Sequence record: OR776998
Length of the DNA: 64,000 bases
Strand: one strand, 5' to 3'
Origin: Escherichia phage YX22
Shown: positions 27,202 through 34,383 of the stretch, piece by piece
How the letters are laid out: each line of letters begins with the position of its first letter
How positions within the stretch are numbered: the stretch's first letter is position 1
Notes under the pieces: model-generated
The model's database searches: none
What the model was told of the DNA's origin: nothing
Seen by the model: only the letters and a program-made list of their open reading frames with translations
Program-made: the position numbers and the translations under genes

Positions 27202-28706
27202 TCGTGATTACCCAGCGCCACCTTCATGAACTCCACAGGGTGGCGCTCTGCCAGGTAAAACTTGTAACGCTCGTGAGAGTGCCTAAGAGCGTGGTTCGTG
27301 CTGGCGTTGTACGATGCATCATCCACTAAGTCCCATATCCACGCGACGTCCTTAGAGGAGTGCTGACGCATCAGACGACCCAATGTCTGTATGACGCGGA
27401 TATATGACTTGCTCGGGTGTGCCAGTACAAGGTGGTGTAGCTTCTTGATCGACACTCCCTGCTGCATTGTCCCGTATGATGCCAACAGGGTGATGTCCTC
27501 TCCATCCTCCATCGCTTTCTGTATGCGGCGGCGGTCTTCGATCTTTACTTCCCCGTTGATGACAAACACGTTGGGCTTGACCGCGCTCAGCATATCATAC
27601 ACGACCATCATGTGACCATCAATACGTTCGAACATGATGGCCACGTTTCCTTTCAGATTCAGTGCCATCTTGGCGATCAGTTCGTTGCGGGACTGGTGTG
27701 TGATAAGGTATTCTATTTCCTTGGAATAATCCCCGTCCAGACCAACAGCATCCGCCGGAGTGTGCTTCAGCTGGATCATCTTCACTTTGATGTCAGTGGC
27801 GTACCCGAGATTGATAAGATCGCGAGCCGTGATGATCTTATGGTACGCCCCGAAGTGAGCCACCACCTGAAGCCCGGCAACTTTGGTATTCGCCAGCGTA
27901 CCTGTAACCCCCAGGCGCTGGTCGGCATAGATGCAGTTGTTTAGGATGTAAGACAGTTTCTCAGACTTGGAGGTGTGCACTTCATCCACCACGATATCAC
28001 CGAACTGGTGGAACCATTCCTTCGGCTGGTCTTGAATGCCTTGCCATGTACTGATGACGATTGGTTTGCTGATATCCTTTGTCGCGCCCTCAAAAATCAG
28101 CTGGGTGTTAACAACGGGCTTCCAATCACTGCCATGTGCATACTCTTCGAAGTTGTCGTACAGCTGAGTGACTAGGTGGATTGACGGCACCACGATAAGC
28201 GTCTTCAGAGGACTTTCGAGAGCTTCTCTGCGCCGCCTGTAGTACCGCGCCATGACATACAGAATAAAGGACTTACCGGCACTCGTAGCCAGTTCACAGA
28301 CGCATCTGGTTTGACGCATAGCCTTGGCGATGGTGTCGTACTGGTAGTCACGAGTCTCGGCATCGATATATTCGTGATTTTCGGTGCGGATCTTTGGATG
28401 CAGACTGTCGATGAAGTCACGGATTTCTTCATCTGGGATGTCCTGAATGTACTTCAGTGCCGGATCCAGTTCAATGGTGTATCCGTTGTTCTTACAGAAC
28501 TTAAATACCTCAAACAGCAGACCGATATCGATTAGACCAGATGACTTGGTAAATAGGCGGACAACCCCGTCCCATTTAGAAAAGGGGTTGGGAACGAAGT
28601 TCGGGTCTTCGAATTTGAAGTAGTCATTAAGTTCTTCCCTGATAGAAAGATCTGCGATGCAACGCATGCGGACTTCGTTAACCTTAACAATCTGAATGTC
28701 TGCCAT
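27198..28706 (-). CDS. uvsW: UvsW-like SF2 DNA helicase
   Basis: Internal ATG at 28706 (MADIQIVKVNEVRM...); Walker A ELATSAGKSF; DEVH box VVDEVH; C-terminal WDLVDD as in T4 UvsW (WDLIDD); SD GGGAG 7 nt upstream. Confidence 0.85.
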   Translation of the reverse strand: MADIQIVKVNEVRMRCIADLSIREELNDYFKFEDPNFVPNPFSKWDGVVRLFTKSSGLIDIGLLFEVFKFCKNNGYTIELDPALKYIQDIPDEEIRDFIDSLHPKIRTENHEYIDAETRDYQYDTIAKAMRQTRCVCELATSAGKSFILYVMARYYRRRREALESPLKTLIVVPSIHLVTQLYDNFEEYAHGSDWKPVVNTQLIFEGATKDISKPIVISTWQGIQDQPKEWFHQFGDIVVDEVHTSKSEKLSYILNNCIYADQRLGVTGTLANTKVAGLQVVAHFGAYHKIITARDLINLGYATDIKVKMIQLKHTPADAVGLDGDYSKEIEYLITHQSRNELIAKMALNLKGNVAIMFERIDGHMMVVYDMLSAVKPNVFVINGEVKIEDRRRIQKAMEDGEDITLLASYGTMQQGVSIKKLHHLVLAHPSKSYIRVIQTLGRLMRQHSSKDVAWIWDLVDDASYNASTNHALRHSHERYKFYLAERHPVEFMKVALGNHD

Positions 28707-28725
28707 ACAAAATCTCCCAAGGATT

Positions 28726-28738
28726 ATGGGGTATTTAG
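28726..28738 (-). promoter_or_regulatory. Late-promoter-like element CACTAAATACCCCAT (minus strand)
   Basis: Variant of the T4 late core; about 25 nt upstream of the uvsW start (T4 uvsW is late-expressed). Confidence 0.5.
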
Positions 28739-29481
28739 TGATCCGGCCAGACTCCGTTTTGTTCTTTATCCATGCGATGATACAGACGAACACGCTCAAA
28801 CATCTTTGTCAGAATGTCATCACGGTTGAACTCAATGACGGTTGGTAGAGGGGAAGACTCGTTGGCGATCACGTTGATGAGGCGGGTGATCTTGACGCCG
28901 AACATCTGCTGGAACATGACCGAATATAAGCATAGCTGGATACTGTAATCCTCGATCATGCCCCGCGTCTTCATGGTGTTCGATGTCTTGAAGTCGATGA
29001 CAGCAGGTTTACCCTCATAAACCCCGATAAGGTCTACACGACCTGCAAGACCAAGCACCTCGCTATATAATGGGATCTCCTGAGCATAGATCTTTGTCAT
29101 CTTGTTCAGGTAAGGGAACAGCTGCTTGAACATGAACATGTATTCGCCAGCCGCTTCCAACACTTCTTTCATTGGGCGGTTCTTTAGATACAGTTCACAC
29201 GCAAGGTGCAGCTTCTCCCCTCGGTCAGCACAGCGCATGGTCTCAAGGTCAGCGGCCTCTGCGCCCAGCTTCTTCCTCCAAGACTCAAGCCATTCATGAT
29301 CTCCAGTGCGTCCCAGCATAGTCGTGACGGATGTCAGTTTTACACCAGACGGTGAAACGTAATGACGACCATTCTCCGTCGTAACACACTCCAGTTCCTT
29401 GTAAGGAAGTTCGTATTGCTGGAATGTGTAATGACGGTTTTCGAAGTCGTTCAGCTTGCGTAGATCTTGGAGGGATGCCAT
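28735..29481 (-). CDS. PD-(D/E)XK superfamily nuclease (RecB/Cas4-like fold)
   Basis: 248 aa; GRVDLIGVYEGKPAVIDFKTSN carries the D...E-x-K catalytic signature; lies between uvsY and uvsW. Confidence 0.5.
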   Translation of the reverse strand: MASLQDLRKLNDFENRHYTFQQYELPYKELECVTTENGRHYVSPSGVKLTSVTTMLGRTGDHEWLESWRKKLGAEAADLETMRCADRGEKLHLACELYLKNRPMKEVLEAAGEYMFMFKQLFPYLNKMTKIYAQEIPLYSEVLGLAGRVDLIGVYEGKPAVIDFKTSNTMKTRGMIEDYSIQLCLYSVMFQQMFGVKITRLINVIANESSPLPTVIEFNRDDILTKMFERVRLYHRMDKEQNGVWPDH

Positions 29482-29496
29482 TATGTGTGATCCTCG

Positions 29497-29949
29497 TTAT
29501 ACACCATCAATATATTTTCTCCACTCAATAGCATTTTTCACTTCGTATCCCAGTTTGTTCAGGCGATCCAAACAAGTCTCTATGAACTTGACTTTTGCTT
29601 TTTGTTCTTGTAACAGAACAGACAACTCCACATAGTCATCGTCTGCTTTGACCCATGTATCTAGGTCAGACTTCAGGGGGCGAACCTTCAGGGGGCGCTC
29701 TGCGTAGATGTTAGGGGGTAACTCCCCTGCATAGTAGCGGCGCAGATAGAGATCGATCTGGCGGAAGCGCCCGTTGAGAAATTCAAGATAACGCCCCTCG
29801 CGCAGATAATGCCGCTGTACAGCCATCCAAGAGCGCCCGATTTTCAGTGAGATCTGGTCAAGGTTCATGTCTTCTGGGTCCACTGTGATCAGCGGCTCCA
29901 GTTCGTTCATGATGTCCTCGGTAGCCATTGTCTGTAGTTGTTCTTTCAT
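29497..29949 (-). CDS. uvsY: UvsY-like recombination mediator
   Basis: 150 aa; LYLRRYYAGELP and C-terminal KFIETCLDRLNKLGYEVKNAIEWRKY parallel T4 UvsY (RLDYYSGRGDGDEF ... GILLDFCSGALDAIKSRGFAIKHIQDMR). Confidence 0.65.
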   Translation of the reverse strand: MKEQLQTMATEDIMNELEPLITVDPEDMNLDQISLKIGRSWMAVQRHYLREGRYLEFLNGRFRQIDLYLRRYYAGELPPNIYAERPLKVRPLKSDLDTWVKADDDYVELSVLLQEQKAKVKFIETCLDRLNKLGYEVKNAIEWRKYIDGV

Positions 29950-29979
29950 AAAATATCCCAGCTTGTCAATGTCATAGAA

Positions 29980-30492
29980 TTATACCGCATTTCGCGGATT
30001 AGAATCAATCGCCTTCCCACCAGATAGTGGAACCAGCTGTTGGAACTTGAAGGTCACTGTCGTCACCAGCTGAGGTACAGCTGCGTCTACGTCCACCAGT
30101 ACGTTGTCCAAAGCAGTCGGGCGGGCTTCCTCCAGCACGAGAGTGAGGCCAATCGGTCGGTTGAGGTTATCCAGCAATTCAATGGTAATGTCCTTGCTGA
30201 CAGGCAAATCCTTGCCGACGTTGCTGGTAATCCATTGGTGGATCTGTAACCATGATTTCCAGTCCTCGTCTATAACGAAAGTAAATACGACGGGATCATA
30301 GGTTAAACGCTCTGAAGGTATAGAAACCAACACGTCACCAGGAGACGGACCATCGATGCCTTCGGAGTACACCCCTGGTATACTGAAGTCGTGGATGTTA
30401 CGGGTTAGGAGTACAAGGTCTCCGATAGTCAGACGCCACTTATCGGACGCCGCGAAATTAGGGTTTTCGTTCTTAAATTGTACGTTGGACAT
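29980..30492 (-). CDS. Hypothetical protein, possibly structural; start uncertain (alternative ATG at 30765)
   Basis: Internal ATG at 30492 (MSNVQFKNENPNFAASDKW...) with AAAGGTG 7 nt upstream; the reading frame stays open to 30795, so a longer product of up to 261 aa is possible. Confidence 0.45.
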   Translation of the reverse strand: MSNVQFKNENPNFAASDKWRLTIGDLVLLTRNIHDFSIPGVYSEGIDGPSPGDVLVSIPSERLTYDPVVFTFVIDEDWKSWLQIHQWITSNVGKDLPVSKDITIELLDNLNRPIGLTLVLEEARPTALDNVLVDVDAAVPQLVTTVTFKFQQLVPLSGGKAIDSNPRNAV

Positions 30493-30763
30493 AATAGCAC
30501 CTTTGCTGTGGAGATATTTTGTGACCCTGATGCGCGGGATCAGTAGATTGTTGTTGGCATGCTCGATGCTCTTGTTTACGAGCTGTCGCATCTTTGTCAC
30601 GCCAATAATTTCTGTTTCCGAACTCTGGAACCCAGAAGTGCGCACTGTACCTGTGACGTTGTCGGCCAGCGTTCCCACTTGTAACAAGGGTATGCTGGAC
30701 ATCATCGTGCAAGAGTTCCAGCCCTTCCAGAAGCTCGTACCTTTAGGTTGCTTTGATGAGAAC

Positions 30764-31171
30764 ATGAGCACCCTCAAGCCATACTGGAAGACCACAATTC
30801 CTCTCCTGCGGCATGGCGATGAAGGGAAGATTCCATACCTATCAGCAAGTATTTATTACTCTCAGAATAACAGCATCATTATCACTTTTAATCCATCATT
30901 CCATGCCAAGCTGAAGCAACACATGGTTGGGCGACTGGATACAACATCAGATATAATCGTGACGTTCAAGATCATGAATGACTCAGATAAACCAGTACGA
31001 ATCGCAACTCAGGGTGTGTTCGTTAACAACGACGCGGTTGGAAATGGGATGAGTATCTTTGAAGTTAACCCAGGGGGAACGATCTTGATCAGACTGAGTA
31101 ATGTGGGTGTGAACTCCCTGCTGTTGGATGGCATCGAACCAGTGGGAGTTCTTCCGGCGCGGGAGCACTGA
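30764..31171 (+). CDS. Hypothetical protein (plus strand), 135 aa
   Basis: ATG at 30764-30766 (MSTLKPYWKTTIPLL...); the upstream part of the track ORF is antisense to the preceding gene; convergent with the 31172-31900 gene. Confidence 0.45.
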   Translation: MSTLKPYWKTTIPLLRHGDEGKIPYLSASIYYSQNNSIIITFNPSFHAKLKQHMVGRLDTTSDIIVTFKIMNDSDKPVRIATQGVFVNNDAVGNGMSIFEVNPGGTILIRLSNVGVNSLLLDGIEPVGVLPAREH

Positions 31172-31900
31172 TTACTTCAGCGCGTTCTTCAGATTATCGG
31201 AACCAATGCTGTTGATGACACCTCCGGCGCAGATATCTTTCGCCCACTCTGATATCACGTTGGCAAAAGAGAAGTTAAGACACTTACCAACCATGTCTTG
31301 GATATGGGCTAACTCTGCTGCAATACCGTTCGTGATGTCTTGAGCAATAGAGGCTACTGATGCGACAGCAGTGTCGATGGCTTGAGTAACTTCAGCAGCC
31401 AGTGCCCGAATAGCATCAAGACCAGCACTGACACCCTGAGCTACCAACTCAGCCAGCTCATTCATCTTGTTTGTGATAGTTGTGAGAACACTTTGCATGG
31501 TGTTGATCCACTGTTTGCCGAGGTTCTGAATAACCCCAAATGCATTATTGATCAGATCACAGTTGTTCGGTTCTCGACCTATAGACTTCAGGGCGGACTT
31601 ATACGACACAGATGTACCGATGCGGGAATATGCCTCGTTCACTGACTGGTCGCCATAGTTGTTCAAAGTAGTGATGCTGTTGTTGGCTGAGTTGAACATT
31701 GCTGTAGATTCGTTGAGTTTGGCTGTAGTCAACCCACCTGCCGTCAGCGCTTCCTGAATCTGCGCATTTCCGGTGTTAGCCAGTGACGCTGTAGTCGCCT
31801 TACCACTGGTGATTAACCCCTGTGAGGCGCTGCTGAGGGACGGGAGAGGATTGGTAAAGGCGTTGCCCTGTGATAGGGCGTCATAGATCTGTGCGTTCAT
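31172..31900 (-). CDS. Hypothetical protein, S/T/A/N-rich (possible virion protein), late-expressed
   Basis: Internal ATG at 31900 (MNAQIYDALSQGNAFT...) lies downstream of the late-promoter element at 31921-31934; low-complexity, helix-rich sequence. Confidence 0.5.
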   Translation of the reverse strand: MNAQIYDALSQGNAFTNPLPSLSSASQGLITSGKATTASLANTGNAQIQEALTAGGLTTAKLNESTAMFNSANNSITTLNNYGDQSVNEAYSRIGTSVSYKSALKSIGREPNNCDLINNAFGVIQNLGKQWINTMQSVLTTITNKMNELAELVAQGVSAGLDAIRALAAEVTQAIDTAVASVASIAQDITNGIAAELAHIQDMVGKCLNFSFANVISEWAKDICAGGVINSIGSDNLKNALK

Positions 31901-31920
31901 AAGAAAATACCCCCATGGAT

Positions 31921-31934
31921 GATGGGGGTATTTA
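31921..31934 (-). promoter_or_regulatory. Late-promoter-like element CCCTAAATACCCCCAT within an 11-bp inverted repeat
   Basis: aaataccccca-tggatga-tgggggtattt (31904-31932) read directly; the promoter core is one arm. Confidence 0.5.
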
Positions 31935-32150
31935 GGGATCATGGTAGTTTGTAAACGAAGTTGGACCAGAACTTACGAACAAACTTCTTGACATAAACCA
32001 TTCGGTTGGCGTATTCCCCATCCTTCAGGTCATTGTAGGTCTCAATCCCTACCGCGCCCAAGAAGTACGCCGTGAAGATGTAACAGAACAGATTGATGAC
32101 GACAAACATGATGTATCTCCGCTGTGTATACTCAAATTATTTATGATATG

Positions 32151-32573
32151 TTACAAAAGGCGCTTGGTCTTCGGCTTACCCATTAGAGTGATATCCACAG
32201 GGAGGCCAGCTTTCTTGCAACGGTTGATCATGTCCAGGGTGCCAGTGGACGAACCATCCCACATCGCAATCGGATACACTTCCAGCTTGGTCTGCCTGAC
32301 GAGATCCAATGCCTTGTCTAACATGTCCTGATTGCGTTTGTTGCCCATCCCTTTCCCATACTTTTCATAATAGCTCGGAGGTATTGGCATAGGAGTGATA
32401 TGAACATAATTGATTTCAGCCCAGTCACGGCAAATCTTGTCCACACCAGAGGCTTCACCCTCAATCAGTGTATAGACCTCATGAGGATCGAGGAGTTCGT
32501 CCAGCTTGGCGAATACCTTATCCCGCTCGGTGATTGAGCGGGAACCCGTAATGAGAACGATATACTTCTTCAT
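32151..32573 (-). CDS. SLOG-like (DUF2493-type) Rossmann protein
   Basis: Internal ATG at 32573 (MKKYIVLITGSRSITERD...EGEASGVDKICRDWA): ITGSR and EGxxxGxD pattern typical of SLOG/LOG-like nucleotide-binding proteins; assignment by motif only. Confidence 0.45.
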   Translation of the reverse strand: MKKYIVLITGSRSITERDKVFAKLDELLDPHEVYTLIEGEASGVDKICRDWAEINYVHITPMPIPPSYYEKYGKGMGNKRNQDMLDKALDLVRQTKLEVYPIAMWDGSSTGTLDMINRCKKAGLPVDITLMGKPKTKRLL

Positions 32574-32578
32574 AGAAC

Positions 32579-32923
32579 TCACAGCGCCCCAAGATTGCCG
32601 ATTACGTACAGGGAGCACAGAGGAGTGCCTGACGAACGCGGTTCGATCGTCATCCCGCTCAGGCGGATCAGTTCCAGTAAGCCGTCAGTGGTCTGATACG
32701 CGCGTGTCGAACCGTTCGGTCGATATAGCTCCAGCTCAGTTCGCCCTTCCTTTATTGCATTTCGAATGCGAGTGAACACGCTGTGGTCGCCGAACTTCTG
32801 TTTCAGAAGATCCAGCTTGGTGACCAGGCGGCGCGTTTTGCGTGGCTTGCGCTCACTCGGCTTTTCGAATTTGACGATGTGGGGGATCTCCACGGATTTG
32901 TTCAGTTTGGTGTCTGCTGCCAT
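32579..32923 (-). CDS. Hypothetical basic protein
   Basis: 114 aa, ATG start. Confidence 0.4.
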   Translation of the reverse strand: MAADTKLNKSVEIPHIVKFEKPSERKPRKTRRLVTKLDLLKQKFGDHSVFTRIRNAIKEGRTELELYRPNGSTRAYQTTDGLLELIRLSGMTIEPRSSGTPLCSLYVIGNLGAL

Positions 32924-33076
32924 GGTAAAGTCCTCTATTTGTAGGGGATAGGGTATGCGGTTAACATACCCTGTTCAAAGGTTTAGAACAAATTGCTGCA
33001 ATGTTACTTTGTAACGAGATTGGTGATAGTCCCTTCATTTCAGAGTCAGTGTTGTGCTGCTTATGGAATGAAGTAT

Positions 33077-33105
33077 ACGGGGTTTATTGAAGAATTAAAC
33101 CCCGT
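33077..33105. other. Perfect 10-bp stem hairpin (ACGGGGTTTA/TAAACCCCGT, 9-nt loop)
   Basis: Read directly; followed on the plus strand by an AT-rich tract; intergenic between 32579-32923 and 33126-33362. Confidence 0.5.
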
Positions 33106-33125
33106 TTATTGAATAAATTTAAAAT

Positions 33126-33362
33126 TTATTTGAAGCGATCAGGAAGGGTGTCGTGAACCTCGGCGCTCAGCACCAGAAACTTACCATCCGTCGTTGGGAA
33201 GCAATAGTCTTTCTTGATGTGACGCAAGTGTTCAGCTACAGCTGCCACGCAGTCATCTGTCACGTCGGTCTTCTCACCAACCCACATGCTGGTTTTGGTG
33301 TTCAACCTGCCCTGGAATATAGTACCAGTGAGAGGACTTGCGCCGATCTTTTTGATAATCAT
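33126..33362 (-). CDS. Hypothetical protein
   Basis: 78 aa, ATG start. Confidence 0.4.
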   Translation of the reverse strand: MIIKKIGASPLTGTIFQGRLNTKTSMWVGEKTDVTDDCVAAVAEHLRHIKKDYCFPTTDGKFLVLSAEVHDTLPDRFK

Positions 33363-33370
33363 GTTTAACC

Positions 33371-33814
33371 TCAGTTGTTAATGCGGAACAGTTGTGGATA
33401 ACCACCTGGATGCCCTTCTCCGGTCACGAAGACCTCGTACCGGGCACCTTTAACCAAACCGGGCAAATTGCCTGAGTCGAGTAGATATCGGATTTTATCC
33501 ATAGTGTCCATCCAGGACTTAGCAGGTTCAGCTTCAGCCTCTCCACGATTGAGGACGAGTTCACCTTCAGAATAATACTTCCCGCTGTCCTTCATGTAGT
33601 ACAGCTTGATATGGATATACTGAGGGGATGGAACTTCTGTCCAACCCTCATCGTTCAAATCCTGGCGATCATTGTCGAAACTCTGAAAATCAACATCACC
33701 ACATGCCAGGCGATAATCTTTGAATTTACGGAAACCTTCCACCTTGTCCCCAACGGAGCTACGGAAGAACTGTTTCTTGGCGGGACTAATGAAAATGAAA
33801 TTCTTGTTACACAT
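33371..33814 (-). CDS. Hypothetical protein
   Basis: Internal ATG at 33814 (MCNKNFIFISPAKK...), 147 aa. Confidence 0.4.
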   Translation of the reverse strand: MCNKNFIFISPAKKQFFRSSVGDKVEGFRKFKDYRLACGDVDFQSFDNDRQDLNDEGWTEVPSPQYIHIKLYYMKDSGKYYSEGELVLNRGEAEAEPAKSWMDTMDKIRYLLDSGNLPGLVKGARYEVFVTGEGHPGGYPQLFRINN

Positions 33815-33831
33815 GATATAGATCCTTCCTT

Positions 33832-34056
33832 TCAAAGAATGTTGTGTTCGTCGATATCGGACTGCGTTGCAATCTCCCAGCGGACGACATTTTCGGTTGT
33901 GACGAAATCACGGTTCAGGTGAGAGGCTGGCACATACACCATCGTGTCGACCATGAAGTAACACTGCTCATTGTTACAAGAATCAACGTAAACCTCGATG
34001 AGGCGCACCTCGGCAACACCGGCTTTCGGCTTCTTCACGATCTTTTTCAAGTACAT
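33832..34056 (-). CDS. Hypothetical protein
   Basis: Internal ATG at 34056 (MYLKKIVKKPK...), 74 aa. Confidence 0.35.
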   Translation of the reverse strand: MYLKKIVKKPKAGVAEVRLIEVYVDSCNNEQCYFMVDTMVYVPASHLNRDFVTTENVVRWEIATQSDIDEHNIL

Positions 34057-34080
34057 GGTACAACCCTCGGATAGTAGACG

Positions 34081-34113
34081 GGGCAATAATACCTCTCACC
34101 CCGTTATTGAAAA
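34081..34113 (-). promoter_or_regulatory. Repeated promoter-like element (copy 1)
   Basis: Minus strand TTCAATAACGGGGTGAGAGGTATTATTGCC; second copy at 34345-34383; each sits just upstream of a small-gene start. Confidence 0.4.
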
Positions 34114-34116
34114 CTG

Positions 34117-34317
34117 TTATCCTTCTTGTTCTTCCCAACCCCATTCATCTTCCCAAGACTGGCGAGGTGTCTTGCCCGCTTCGTAGTCATCACGCCAGGC
34201 GTCGGCGTCGGCGGCTGAACCACCCTGGCTTTTCGCGACTTTACATAATACGTCGTGCCACTCACGGAAGGTGGAGTTGGCGACTGTGGTGTTTACAGAA
34301 TCTTCTTTCAGGCTCAT
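34117..34317 (-). CDS. Hypothetical acidic, W-rich small protein
   Basis: 66 aa, ATG start. Confidence 0.4.
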   Translation of the reverse strand: MSLKEDSVNTTVANSTFREWHDVLCKVAKSQGGSAADADAWRDDYEAGKTPRQSWEDEWGWEEQEG

Positions 34318-34344
34318 TGCGATTTCCTCGATTAATAGAGAGGG

Positions 34345-34383
34345 TAATGATACCTTTCGCCCCGTTATTGAAATGTTCTTTTA
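34345..34383 (-). promoter_or_regulatory. Repeated promoter-like element (copy 2)
   Basis: Minus strand TTCAATAACGGGGCGAAAGGTATCATTACC, about 45 nt upstream of the ATG at 34317. Confidence 0.4.

Noticed and set aside
32924-33125. Possible tRNA in intergenic regions (also 11810-11933 and 26470-26829)
   Set aside because: No T-loop-like GTTCRANYC consensus or cloverleaf-compatible stems seen; the structures present are simple hairpins.
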